From: Haplodiscus bocki
Lineage: Eukaryota
DNA length: 35,346 bases
Direction of reading: 5' to 3'
NCBI GenBank assembly: GCA_965655095.1
Contig: OZ296651.1
Location: forward strand, 48,298,001 to 48,333,346
The translations under genes were made by a program, and so were the position numbers. A model generated the notes under the pieces. That model saw nothing but the letters and a program-made list of their open reading frames with translations, was not told the origin of the DNA and ran no database searches. Below, piece by piece: positions 19,930 to 32,337 of this stretch (position 1 is the first letter of the stretch; the number at the start of each line of letters is the position of its first letter).

Positions 19930-21730
19930 TAACCCAGTTTTCTGACTTTATCAATGCATTTTCGGGAATCTTTCCTTTGACTCCAGTCAGAATTATTACT
20001 TTCCGTCAAAATTTTCTTATTTTCTGGCGGGATAAAAACCGTTCGACCGGCAAATGTACAAGTCAGTAGTGGAGCTTTTTTCCTTTTCCAGAACTTGCCA
20101 AAGTCAAACAAACTTCGTATTGCGGATTTGTTCGCGTCTTGTGTACGATATAAATGCATTATCAGTGTACTTAAGTATCCCGCATGCAGCGAATTCAAAT
20201 TCTATTGAAGCCCTTTTCCTGGAAACTCTCAACATTATTCAAAGCTCTTGTCTCAAATGACCAAATACAGGTTTCTTTCATAAAATTCAAGTTTTTCCTA
20301 AAAATTAGCTCCTCCTTTGCCATGAAGTCTCCCTTTTCGTACCAAATTGTAAACGTTCAATTTTTCTTGAGGCTTTCGAAGGAAATCAGAAAAATTTAAC
20401 GTCCCATGGTATTCAACTTTCGGACAACAATATTTCCATTTGAAAAAGTTATTTTCACATCGGACAATTGGAGAAAATTTTCCCGAACAATCGTCAAATA
20501 TGCGTATATTGGTGTTTCCGGGCCTGATACTTCAAAAAGAAGAATTAAAAAACGTTTTCTCAGGTACACGTCGTTTCGTACTCCCTATAAAGCAAGAATC
20601 AAAAAACATCCAAAGTTATTATTCCCGATACCCAAAGCCACATTCCTCTCAAAGCACTGATTGATTTTTCTTCAGCAAAGTCTCAATTGATGTTTTTGAT
20701 TTTGCTCGATGTATTTCATTGACACTTTCGAGGTTTGTTGCTCGCACTGGAAGTTCAGACGGCAAAGGTGCCAAAATATGAACACACATATATCTATTCT
20801 CGACAAGCACGATCAATTTTCTCCCAAGTAACAACTAGATATCTTCCATCAAAATCTCAATTGTAAATTTTTTACTAGTAAACAATTGTTTGATAGCAAA
20901 ACATCTCGGCTTACGTTCATTGCAGAATACATTTGTTGGATCGAAACCACTCGAATGTGCAAACCTTATTGCTCTTTCTCAGAAAAAACCAATATTTTCC
21001 AAAGTTGCGGCAGATTTTCATACATCAACGTCTCCATACTTCACTTGTCTTCTCCATTGTATATTTGTGTGACAAACGTTCTCGACGAATGGAAAGATTT
21101 GTTAAATTTCCAAAAACTCATAGACAAATTTTTTCCAAAACTACTGGCTGCATTTCTTCCAAGGTGCTAATCAACAACTTTCTACTTTGAAACGTAATTC
21201 AATTGTCTTGAAAAGAAAAGACTGTGGGCCCAGGTTCACAAAAATTGGACACTCGGATGGTTCTTCTGGAAAATCGAATCCGATTTCTTGCAAAATTACC
21301 GATAATTTATTTTTCATCAAAATCCCATTCGACAGCTTTTTAGTTGTAGACAGTGATTCGATAGTAAAATGTTCAAGAAATTTCCCTAATGCGGAAGCTG
21401 GTTGGAGCAAGTTTACCAAAATTGCGAACAAAACTCATACTTCCTAAACTTTGCAGGCTTTTAGCTCCAAAAATTCTCGCCGTATTCGTTCCATCAATGT
21501 GTCGCAACAACTTTTTTTGTAGTAATAGTGTACTGAACGTACAACGGAAGATGGATTTAATGATCTCAAAGGAACTCATGAAATTTAATTCTGCTTTATC
21601 GTCAAACTCGTTCTTCTCCAAAATTCATCTTCCAAGTTCATGTCCATCTTCTTGCATCAAAAGTTCAATCAACATTTTCTGTACGTGGACAATCATTCGA
21701 TAGAAGGTTGGGCGGAAAATGCTTTTTTTT
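19930..21730 (-). pseudogene. Decayed, apparently intronless ~600-codon coding relic of unknown family
   Basis: Long minus-strand frames (21621-21373, 21431-21171, 20834-20649 continuing through isolated stops to ~20190) with protein-like composition; no motif recognised. Confidence 0.3.
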
Positions 21731-22511
21731 CATTGGAGTCCTCATAGTTCGCAAAAGGCAAAGGTAAAAAACGACAAAAAAGTAGAAAAACAATTTTCAC
21801 TAGCCGTTAAAAAAAATACAAAATTTGAATGTGATGATTTTGTTTAGTTTCGATTCAACTGAGAGCTAGTAACTTCAGGTGACTTGATTTTTTGTTATTT
21901 TTTGCGAAGTCCTGCCATTCCTATGACTTTTCGGCAAAATATCATGGATCACAACGGCATTAACATTGTTTTCAGCTAAAATATCTTGCGTAATTCTAAC
22001 AATAAGGGACCTGTAAAACTCTAAAATACAATGCAAGGGTTGACTAAAAAATATTCAAGATTATAGGAGAAACTACTATCGCGGTACACATAACGCCTAA
22101 ACAGTGAACTAAAGCTAACCTTTTGCGGTGACGACGGTGGAGAAGTAAAAAGAAAATATAAAAGCTGATGGAATAAAGAAACCGTTGGAGTTTCAAAAAT
22201 AATATTTACAAAAAAATCTAACGGGAGCTACTTTCCTATTGGCTCCAGCTGCCAACCATGCTTGGTACAAGTCGATTTTTTAATAGTGGCATGAAATGGC
22301 GGCATGCTGTTGTTTTGGAGTCGATCTGGGAAAAGGACTCGATCATTATTCTCCTTCCCTCTCAACGGACGTGACTCCTTACTCCTCTTCTGACCTGCTT
22401 TACTTTACTCTCCCTTTCACTTGGACGAAATTATTCTAAGTCCAAATTTCTCTTCTCTCTCCTTTTTAGACAAAAACATTCTAAGTCCAACTTCAATTTC
22501 ACACAAACTTT

Positions 22512-22632
22512 CTAAGACAATTCCAAATTCGGTCTTAGTCGCAAAATCATTCCAATTCTACAAAAATAAACTAAGACAATTCCAAATTCTGTTTTAGCCG
22601 CAAAACCATTCCAATTCTACAAAAATATTCTA
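22512..22632. repeat. Two ~59-bp tandem copies inside a non-coding, possibly LTR-derived block (~22010-23500)
   Basis: CTAAGACAATTCCAAATTC.GT.TTAG.CGCAAAA.CATTCCAATTCTACAAAAATA repeated twice, preceded by shorter TTCTAAGTCCAA copies. Confidence 0.75.
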
Positions 22633-23499
22633 AATCGCACTTTCTTTCTGACTTAGAAAAACTCCCTCTTTCTGCCTACATATTATATACTCTTACAGCT
22701 GGAGTCCAAAAAATGTCCACTAACGCTAGCTTCGGTATTAGCGTGTGCGGATTCCGCTGACGATTTCCGGTTCTGAAGCGTGAGTGGATCCTAAACTGCA
22801 CGACCCTCAAGAGGTTCCTAGGTAAAGAGAGTTGACGTTACATAGGTCAAATCTGACCTCGTCTGCTGCCGTGGTATTTAGAATTTATTATAATCTCCGA
22901 GATACGGACTAAATACGCAGAAAAAGTCCATTCTCGATTCAAACACTTCCATTCTTTGCATTGAATCGAAACTTCCTATTCAATTTTTTCCGCAAGTCAG
23001 ATTCATAAGAGGAGAGTCCCAGAGTTACCAGCAGATCATCCGACTCCATCAACGGTATCCGTTAGTTAAAAAATTCTCTAGTTCAGAACGAGTATAACTC
23101 TCTGATCAAGTCTGATTTTCTATAAGGCCTTTCCGTAAAATCCGCTAGACAAAAGTCTCGGTTGGAGAAAAAGGATCTAAAAAAATATCACAAGGTCGCC
23201 GTTATAAACGAGCTTTTACCTGAGTGGTAGGCAAAATTCAAAAACAAACCTAACCCCGCCAATAAACCCGGTGATTTGTTCACGGTTTGAGAAATTCGGG
23301 GAAAACAAAGCTATCTGAACAAGGTGCTATGCTAATGGAAGTACTGAGTGTAGACTAAAATATAAAACCTTATATACGACATAAATTTAACAAATCAAAA
23401 GTAAACTTAACAGAAACCAAAACCAACCCACAAAAAGCAGTGCTAGAAAAATAGAAGCAAGGTCTCCTTCCTAGTCCAAACAAAAGAAACATTAGCCCA

Positions 23500-24300
23500 T
23501 ATTATTCTACCTCTTATGTGCATACATCCCAAACAACAAATATTGGGAGTCCTTTTTCATAATCCTTTTGAGATTAATCTACACTTTGGTCTTTTGGGAT
23601 TTATATGTTATTTGAAATTTGGATTAATTCTTGAAGTTTCATAATAAACTGTAACTCTCAGTTTCGGATAGTTTTTAGATTTAATAATGATTTTTTTGGC
23701 CAGCATTCTTCTATGTAGGACATCCTACGAAAAATTTTCGAATTCCTTGAATATATACTTCGAGCTTCTACTGCAGGACTGATGATAATACTTCTGATGC
23801 GGGACTTTGTACAATTGTGGGATAAGGGTATTTAAAAGAGAATTTTTGGTTAATTTTTTATAATATTGAGACAACTGTTACAAGAGAGTTCACTGGAGTC
23901 GATAATTAGTTCCCCTTTCCCCCATCTTCATTTCTTGCACCGAGACGTGACTTAGTTACCATACGGTGCCGTTTTCTTTTCATTTCGATGGCATATGGTT
24001 GCTTTTTTTTGGCTGACTCAGTAATTGACTATTTCATTTTCTACCTTCCTTTCATCTCTCGCAAAGTCCTTGCTATTGAACTTACGCAATCTTTCTTCGC
24101 GGAGCCAGCAAGGCAACGGAATAGAGAGATAAGAGCTCTAGAGACTCGTTCTGGTTATTAACAAAATAACTGATCTGCGATGGCAGCTGCCTGAATGGCG
24201 CCTGGTCACGCACCATTTTAAGCGAGAAAGAAAATCAGAATCAAATAATATTTCCAATTTCAATCTTTATCTCTCTCAACTACTACATGCTCTTCGACAC
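23500..24300 (-). mobile_element. 5' relic of an LTR retrotransposon with tRNA-His-type PBS and decayed gag start; boundaries approximate
   Basis: Minus strand TGGTGC-GTGACCAGG at 24215-24201 matches the tRNA-His PBS TGGTGCCGTGAC with one deletion; downstream ATG GTA ACT AAG TCA (MVTKS) at ~23962. Confidence 0.45.
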
Positions 24301-24534
24301 TACATGGCCTTTTCAGCTTTGAGAAAAAAAATAGTTTATGTAGCGGTATCAAAGCACTATTTAAAATTAAAGTACATGAGATCAGCTAGCCAAAAAGCAT
24401 ACATTTTTTTATTTTACAGATAGAAGACAGTAACACTGCAAACACGTAAAATAAACTGGGTGACCAAAAATGTCACTTATATTACGTCGTTTGATACTCT
24501 TTCTTTTACAGACGACTTTCCATGACTAAATGTT

Positions 24535-26682
24535 ACCTAAAACTTTATGAAATGGGTCTGCTGGTTTTTTGTTTGCGACATGTACAGGATTGCTGATAGG
24601 TTCAGAACATTGGGCCTCCGGGACCTTCATCCAGTGCACAAAAATTCAAACAAGCTTCCTGTCCGCCGGAAATTGTTCGTGAACGCTTCCCTAACAGTTT
24701 TTCCAGGATCTTCCGTTGAAACAATGTATCCTTGTAGAGTTTTTGTGGCATTTTGGTTGAAGGTGAGTAGAAAGTTGGCATTGAAACCTGAGACATTGAG
24801 TACAGCAAGTTATCGAAGTATGGTATGAATAATATGGGCAAATTAATACTACATTTGCCGTGGTTTTTTTGCATACGAGTTTAAAACTTATGGGGCTTCC
24901 AGTTTCGTTAAGCCCTTACATCGACATCGATGTCAACTCTTGACACTCGGAACGAGGTTGGCGAAGTCGCACCTTCGTTGATGATGTTGCCCAGTTGCTG
25001 TGCCTTTTATCGGTGGTAAAAACTCTCCATCGTGTATTCAGCTCATTGTGGAAAAAGGACCCACAAACATGTTTCTTTCGTCTTCTGGTGGTCCACCGAC
25101 TCTCAATGAACTAATATCCTCCAGATGAGGATGTCTTGTTAGGGTGAGTTTTCCAAAGTTGAGGTCGCTGAAACTTCTATTTCAATGCAATATTGCATTA
25201 AAATAGACGTTTCAGCGACCTCAACTTTGGAAAACTTGCCCTAACAATACATCCTCCTTTGGAGGATATTTGTTCATTGAGAGTCGGTGGACAATATTGT
25301 CCATATCTTCATCTAGCAAGAACTGCGTTTGAATAATATTTGTATTTTGCATATCCAGGCGATAATTAAAAGTTTTCACAGATTGACTAGACTGATTTTG
25401 TGGTTGATTTGAATACTATTGGGTTATTTCTTTTTGTTCTGGTAAATGAAAGAGAACTAATCATGTTGCGATGATTCTGCTTTTGCTTGCGTGGGAATTC
25501 CCTTCATTCTTACTCTCATTATGAAATTCATCTGAAAACTTTCCTGATGGAATTTCGTTCAATAAAATGTTGAAATCTTTTTTCTTTTTCCAAATTATAC
25601 TTCAGCTTTTTCAAAATGACGTACCTGCAGAAGGAACTGTTCTTAGGGTTACATGAGTGATATAGTGAATACCATGTCACAATTCAATAAATACGTGTAG
25701 TTGGACAAAAATAGAGCTTAAATTATGTCCTATTTATGATGAATGGCATTGCTGTCTCTCAAATGTTCATATCGAGTCACTGTTAGCTGCCTGCTGCCTT
25801 GTATTGTAAACTGCCTACTGGATTTTGTTTGGTCGAGAGTACTTTACCAGAAGCGATTTTAATGAGAGGTTTGAGACACGCTGTCAAAATTCATTACTGC
25901 GACGCACTCTTTGTCTGTTCACCCCATTTCATACATTCGTTTGTCCATCACAGCCAAGTTTATTGGCCTAAAGCCATTGCGTAACCATATTCCGTAATTT
26001 GTCCATATTTGAATACGCGTTGTGTTGTTTCTGGCACATTTGAGTGTGCTCACCAAGAGTAGGTCCACAACCATTTTTAGACTTCTTTTGCATTTTTTAG
26101 TTGTTTGTATGAATTCATGCTAAATCTAATTTTCTTTTTTGCTCTGACAGTTTTGTTCAAGCACCAGTATGATCTTTTCATACATGAGTTTCATTTCCAA
26201 AATGCTCTTCTAGTAAATCACGTCAGCTGTCTTACTGCCGTGCTTTCACTTATTGCAGTATCCTCACCACTTGAGCTTACCGTGGTAACTTTCACGAATG
26301 GAAGATCACACATACGTTTTCAGTTTATCAAATTGATTCTAACTGTTTTGCCAAAGCTTTTGAGCGTAACCTGGCCAGGAATTAGCCGTACTCTGGTACT
26401 TATTGGTGCCGCAGAATGCTAAAAACATCCGCGAAGAATGTTACAGGTACATAAGAAGACATTTCCACGAAAGAAATGACCTTTAAAAAGCCCAAAACTT
26501 GGTCCAATCTCCAACATTTCAAGATCTTGGACATGCCTCAGCGCACAATGGACGCTAATCCTAGTCTGAAGCTCAAGTGTGCGTCCCGAACTTGTCGGAA
26601 CAATTTTGGAAATTGACTTAGAGACCACCCCGAAGAGAAAAAGAAATGATGGGCTGAGAATCTCAATTAGCGCCACACTCAT
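24535..26682 (-). pseudogene. Possible decayed multi-exon gene (hydrophobic N-terminus, many stops)
   Basis: ATG at 26682 (MSVALIEILSPSFLFLFGVV), donor-like sites (CAG|GTAC ~25625, GAT|GTAAGG ~24918, AG|GTAAC ~24536) and exon-like frames with isolated stops. Confidence 0.25.
25091..25292. repeat. 202-bp near-perfect palindrome (foldback MITE-like)
   Basis: GTCCACCGACTCTCAATGAA...TGCAA-TA-TTGCA...TTCATTGAGAGTCGGTGGAC; ~100-bp arms, no spacer, few mismatches. Confidence 0.9.
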
Positions 26683-26977
26683 GATTTAACCAAAGGAAAA
26701 GAAAAACGATAAGAATAGAAACAATACTAAAAATCATTGGGTTGCTCTTTAAGACTAAAGTATGACCAAATTAAGAACAAGGCGATACAAACTTAAACTG
26801 ACTATTATTCTTCCACCGTACGTGTAAACTTTAATAATTACTTACCCCTGTTTGGGAGGAACGATGAGTAGATTTGTCATATCCTTAATACAAAGGATGC
26901 TACCTTTTGCACATAGTACGAAATATTTCGGACGCTACATAGCGCCAATCCTAATCCCCACCATTTCGTTGAAAAGT

Positions 26978-27842
26978 TATTATGTAACCCATAAACCCAA
27001 ACGCTCTTAAAAAGAACTAACCTGACTGGGACTCAGTCGAGGTTGATATTTTTACATTTTAAGTACGTTTAATTGTATCTTTGTATATAATTACACCCAA
27101 TTATGGGGTTTTGCTAATTGTTTAAAATGTTGAAATTCTGTGCAGTGTTAATCTTTGTCAGCGTCGGTATTGACGCCACCTTGTCTACCTTTTCCCCATT
27201 AACTTTTAAAAAACCGGGAAAGAAAGAGCGTTTTCCTAAATTGTTCAGGCACGTCAGAATTTAGAAGACGCGGAGTGTGAAAAAGAGGAACGCGGAGTTC
27301 AGCGTCGGAAAAAATGGTCTGAATAAAAAATGCAGTGATTTGATTTGATAATAAAATAACGCTGAAAAAGGGAAGAAAATAAATCAACAAAACTTGTTAC
27401 TGTTAAACGTTAAAGTTGCAATAAACCGTTAAAAGCTAATTTTTTTCCCAGCAATGCCAATGAGGGCCCCTAAAAGAAAAGGCGCGTCAAGGAAGCGCTC
27501 AAGGCTTAGACAACTCATAAGGTACTAGTTCCCAGAGGATTGGTACAGAGAAGGGCAGCCTCACTGATCGACAAATATCGGAAATGACCCAACAAATAGA
27601 GCTCAAGATAGCCAGGAAAGTGAAAGACGAAATTCGAAAAACGGAGAAGACCATAGTCAGAATCTTAGGCTCCCTGTCAACAAAATTACTGAACGGAGAT
27701 ATCAATAGTATGAGCGTCGGTTCAGCGCCAAGGAGAGAAGAAAATGGTCAAGATTGCCTTGAGTTTTACGGACTGGACTCGGACCTAGAAAACGTTATCC
27801 CTGAAAGTGTGTTTACTGATCCTCAAACAGAAGTTCATAACA
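26978..27842 (+). mobile_element. Solo-LTR-like sequence with decayed gag-like ORF start (5' boundary uncertain)
   Basis: Ends ...CATAACA, with TATTATG at 26978 as candidate inverted start. TATATAA ~27084, AATAAA 27420, ATG 27454 (MPMRAPKRKG, then frameshift/stop); peptide homologous to 305-692. TSD not confirmed. Confidence 0.5.
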
Positions 27843-28659
27843 ATTGGGATGCATTTTTGATCAAGTTCCATTGTCATAGCGGACGTTTTGAAAAAAATCT
27901 CCATCACGTCGTGTCAATTCCGGTTTTCCTTTTTGAATTTTTGACTTTTTCGAGCTCTTGAATAGATCTTTAATGTATAAATCCCGTCCAATACAATCTC
28001 AACTCCAAAGCAACTATCCCGGGCGCTTTTCTGGTTATGGAGCAATTCCGTTGAACTCCGGAGCATTCCTACAGTCAGTTGTTCTCTGAAAAATTACCCA
28101 ATTCTGGCCCTTTTGCTGGACTAACGGAGGAGTAGATGAATAACACATTTCCCGCCGTTAGTAATGTTGACAAAGATTACAAAGACATATCCTAAATCTC
28201 AAAATGACCAATTGAGCACTGTCTTCCGCACCAGCTCACTCATCGTGATTTTAATGTCAAGGATCTTTCCTCTAACAAAACGTCAGCTATTTCGCCACAC
28301 TCATCAATCCAAAACCGCCATCTTTTTAACTCGTATTTTCAACATTCCATTGGTGCTACACAAAGAAGCGCTAACGCCGTTACAATATCTTCCATCCGGT
28401 TCCCGCAACCGTCTCAAGTAAAGGGCCTTCAAGGGTTTCCTTGTCTCTCGGAAACTTCCATCAGTCCACTTGATGATTGCAAACCTGCAAACCTCCAAGA
28501 TATTGTTTCATCTTTACATAAAAATTTTGATTTTTCTACTTTTTTTTCATTAGTATTTGTGCCTCCTTTAGGCATCAATTTCAAGGAGAATCTCATATGT
28601 TCTTCTTTTTTAAATCTTACTATCAAAAATTGTAACAACTTCAACGTCAAGGTTCAGAG

Positions 28660-30058
28660 TGGTACGAGTTTGCCACCCACTTTGTTTCTTTTGGTTTTTG
28701 TTACTGCCCCAAAATCAGATCAACTCACCAATGCAGCAGTCTCCAACATTAAATCTACTGATCACGAAACACCTGTTGTAGATGAAAATGGTGTCAACTC
28801 TGTAAAAGAACTCGTGAGGAGCTCGCTCTGCAAAAATTCCAATTGAAACCTGGGACTGAAAGCTGTTCAGATGTTCCCCGAGATCCCAAGACAACTTATC
28901 CTCTTGAGGCTCCGGAGCATGACAGTGAAGAAGCATCCGTGTCTTGCAAAGATGGCTTCGAGCCCAGTCATCGAGTCGTAAAGTGCCCAAACATTTTGCC
29001 TTCAGACATTTCACTGGATAATGACTGTGATGAAGTATCAGTAGGCAGTCGTAGGAATTACATCCTAACAACTTGTTAAACTAGCATTCAATCACGCAGC
29101 TTTTGTCAAACGGAGCAAAAGACTGGGGGAAAAGCAGCATCAATAGACTTGTCTTCGTAAAGTTGAACTTTTCTATAGGTTAAAGGATTATACTGACATC
29201 TTCGAACACTTCGCCGCAGAAACTCAACTGCAAAAGCATCCGCAATTGATGTTCTTTCTTTTAGGAGAACCAGTATATACTCACAAACCTGCTTCGGTCA
29301 AATTGAACCAGGAAGGGCCGCCAAAATCCCCAAAGTTAACGTAGTGTGAAGTCTTTTAGTGAGCAGACGGAATTTCTCAGTAGATGCCGGTGATACACGA
29401 GCAAAGTGTGGTGTTCCGCTCTTTTACACGATCTCTTCGAGTTCTTCGCTTAATCCACACAGTGTTTCAATCCTTATATGCATCATGACCTGGGCAAGCA
29501 TATAGATTGACAATTTGAATCAGGCTCTTGTTAGCATTTAGGCTTGAAAATTTGTTCATTTTTAAAGACTGAAATTTTTGTTATAGTGTACGATCTCCTT
29601 GTTGAAGTTTGTTACTGCCAGTAATGCCACCTCCAAGCTAAGCTCTCCCGAGATAGAGATCAGTGATCTCCCTCAGCACATGCTTGTTAACTTCTGGTCG
29701 GACAACACTTTAATAAGTGTTTAATTAGTTACCGCTGTCATTCTCCAAGACATCAAAACTGTGCTTTAAGTTTTCTCGTTCAATTTTTTTGTCTCCGTTG
29801 ATCTGTCGCCACCATTTGCTTTCACTCCTTTACCCAGCAAGATACCAGGAATTTTGACTGGATAATTTGATTTTTAAATCTCCATATTGGCATATCACGC
29901 ATTCAACCCACTGAGTGAAACAAAATCGTGATCATATATTCCCTTTGTCAAAATGCTGGCTATTCATGTACCCTCTACAACTCTGGACTCATCTGTCTAA
30001 TGTCTAGTGTCTCACTGAAAAGCTTGTTCAGCCTTGGTTTCGTAGGGGGGGGGAAGAG
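28660..30058 (+). mobile_element. Heavily decayed Gypsy-like internal region
   Basis: Gag-like DIFEHFAAETQ...FFLLGEPVY (~29195-29280), integrase-tail-like VKQNRDHI (~29916), purine tract AGGGGGGGGAAGAG (30045-30058) followed by TGTT; no matching LTR pair found. Confidence 0.3.
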
Positions 30059-30961
30059 TGTTCATCAAGTGATTATCCCTATTTGCTGGTAGCACGTGGT
30101 TTTTCTATTTTTTTTTTTCGTAACATGGTGTATCAGCTCTTTTTTTGTGAATCTGGTGAGTTTTTTTATGCCACCCGGATTGAGTGTGCATTATCATTTC
30201 TTTTTGTCTTCAAACTGTATTTTTTTTGCAGCTGTCGTGACGAATCGATAACTGATAGACAATTACGTGTCGATCACTGATGATGTAATTTCGAAATGGG
30301 CAGAAATTATCAGGTCTCTTAAATGTTCTTCTCTCAAAAACTTCTTCTCTTCGAAAAATCAAGAGGTAAAATCAAACATCTTTGAGAAAAACAAGTGTTT
30401 CATGATTCCCCTAATCATTAATCGTTTAGTGTTTCAGTTTTTCAAACTTGTTTATCAGCTAAAAACTGACAATGTTTTCAATATTAGTTTCGTGGCTCTC
30501 GAGATGCCCTTACCATTTTCAAGGAAAGTGTCAAAAAGTTTTCCTCCATGTATTTTTGGTTTTGTCTTTTTAATCTTGCTCTTTTTAGACATCCACAACT
30601 GCCGTATTTTACTTGAAGACTCCTTTGATGCTGGCTCCCGTGTATTCTTTTAGCCCAGTTGTAATTTAATTTATCTGACTTTTACATTTGCGGTATGGCC
30701 TATTAGGATCGGCTTTGAAATTTAGACAAAGGAAGAGGTACCCAATAAACTTCTGCTGAGCTTCACTAATTTGGCTCATCTCCCAACAGAAAATGACATA
30801 GCCAGTCCCAGCGAGCATGCCAAAAGTTTGTGCTTCTGACTTAAGAACTAAACATTCTGCTTAATTTAGTCCAGTCAGTGAAATGTTTTTGTGCCATGGC
30901 TGCAGCTGTCGGAACTAGCCAGTAACAGTTTTATGGTGTATTTTACATATGACTCACATGT

Positions 30962-31336
30962 NNNNNNNNNNNNNNNNNNNNNNNNNNNNNNNNNNNNNNN
31001 NNNNNNNNNNNNNNNNNNNNNNNNNNNNNNNNNNNNNNNNNNNNNNNNNNNNNNNNNNNNNNNNNNNNNNNNNNNNNNNNNNNNNNNNNNNNNNNNNNNN
31101 NNNNNNNNNNNNNNNNNNNNNNNNNNNNNNNNNNNNNNNNNNNNNNNNNNNNNNNNNNNNNNNNNNNNNNNNNNNNNNNNNNNNNNNNNNNNNNNNNNNN
31201 NNNNNNNNNNNNNNNNNNNNNNNNNNNNNNNNNNNNNNNNNNNNNNNNNNNNNNNNNNNNNNNNNNNNNNNNNNNNNNNNNNNNNNNNNNNNNNNNNNNN
31301 NNNNNNNNNNNNNNNNNNNNNNNNNNNNNNNNNNNN
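30962..31336. other. Assembly gap (375 N)
   Basis: Run of N. Confidence 1.
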
Positions 31337-31399
31337 GTCGCGCTCGTTTACTTCACGATTACGTAATTTGACCGTTTTTAAAGACATTGCTAGACAAAA

Positions 31400-32200
31400 A
31401 TGGCTAACTATGACTTCCAAAAAGCATTAAATTTGATCGAAAATTCCAATTTAAAGGCAATTATGCAGCATTTACTTAAAAAATTAGAGGAGAAGGACGA
31501 TCAAATTCGGTTATTAACTAACCGTTTGGTGGATTTGGAGCAGAGGGTGAATGAATGTGAGAAGTATTCTTCGAAAGATAGTATCATTTTTGACAATTTA
31601 CCTCTGCGAAATGATAATACTCCTCTGTCTCACCAGGTATGTGACTTTCTTCAAAAATATTTGAACTTCACCACGCACCCACTAAATTTCAAAGCGTGCC
31701 ATGTGTTGGGAAAGTGGAAGGACACAAATTCACCACCAGGAGTAATAATAAAGTTTTTGTACTACGGTGAAAAAAATGAAATATTCGGTCGCAAATCTTG
31801 GTTGGCTGGGATCAGAAACCCTCTCAATGGGCGTCCAATATTCATGAAAGAACGGCTCCCCCCTCTTCAGCGAGAAATTAAAAAGGAAGCTGACCAACTT
31901 GGATTAATAACAACTACTATGAACTGTGATGTTAAAGTTTTCAAAAAGTCAGATGACAATAAATTCATGCCCATTGTTGTGAATTCTTTGAAAGCTGTGC
32001 ACGACATCAAAAACACTGCTGTTAAACGAGCTAACCGTGGAACAAAGGACAAACCGCCAGTCAACCACACTCCCTTGCTTACATGTGGTACTTCAAAGCG
32101 TCCTCGTTGCTCCCCTGGTGATGGGAATATTGAAAAATTTGCATGCTTCGAGAGTTCTACGAAAGCCAAAACGGATATCCATAATTGCGGTCAAACTTAA
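31400..32200 (+). CDS. LINE ORF1p (coiled coil + L1-type RRM/CTD), 266 aa
   Basis: Heptad region LKKLEEKDDQIRLLTNRLVDLEQRV, then YSSKDSIIFDNLP, ACHVLG, PGVIIKF, IFMKERL typical of LINE ORF1 RRM-CTD. Confidence 0.88.
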   Translation: MANYDFQKALNLIENSNLKAIMQHLLKKLEEKDDQIRLLTNRLVDLEQRVNECEKYSSKDSIIFDNLPLRNDNTPLSHQVCDFLQKYLNFTTHPLNFKACHVLGKWKDTNSPPGVIIKFLYYGEKNEIFGRKSWLAGIRNPLNGRPIFMKERLPPLQREIKKEADQLGLITTTMNCDVKVFKKSDDNKFMPIVVNSLKAVHDIKNTAVKRANRGTKDKPPVNHTPLLTCGTSKRPRCSPGDGNIEKFACFESSTKAKTDIHNCGQT

Positions 32201-32337
32201 GATAAAGATTTTGATTTAAGCTATAAGTGAACGTAAACACGCTAATTTTATTTTACCAAAACTCTAACAAGTTTGACTGCAATCGGTATTACATCCAATT
32301 AACCAATCAAACTAAACTTAAACACATTAATTTTCAA

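Noticed and set aside
23911-23928. Minus-strand purine tract ~300 bp from a PBS, suggesting a TRIM
   Set aside because: No paired LTRs flank it, and the tract falls within the gag-like start (EDGGKG).
26736-26740. ATTGG as left TSD for the LTR ending at 27842
   Set aside because: Matches the right flank but is followed by GTTG, not TG; a 5-mer match within 1 kb is expected by chance.
30875-31430. Long ORFs containing X
   Set aside because: Artefacts of the N gap.
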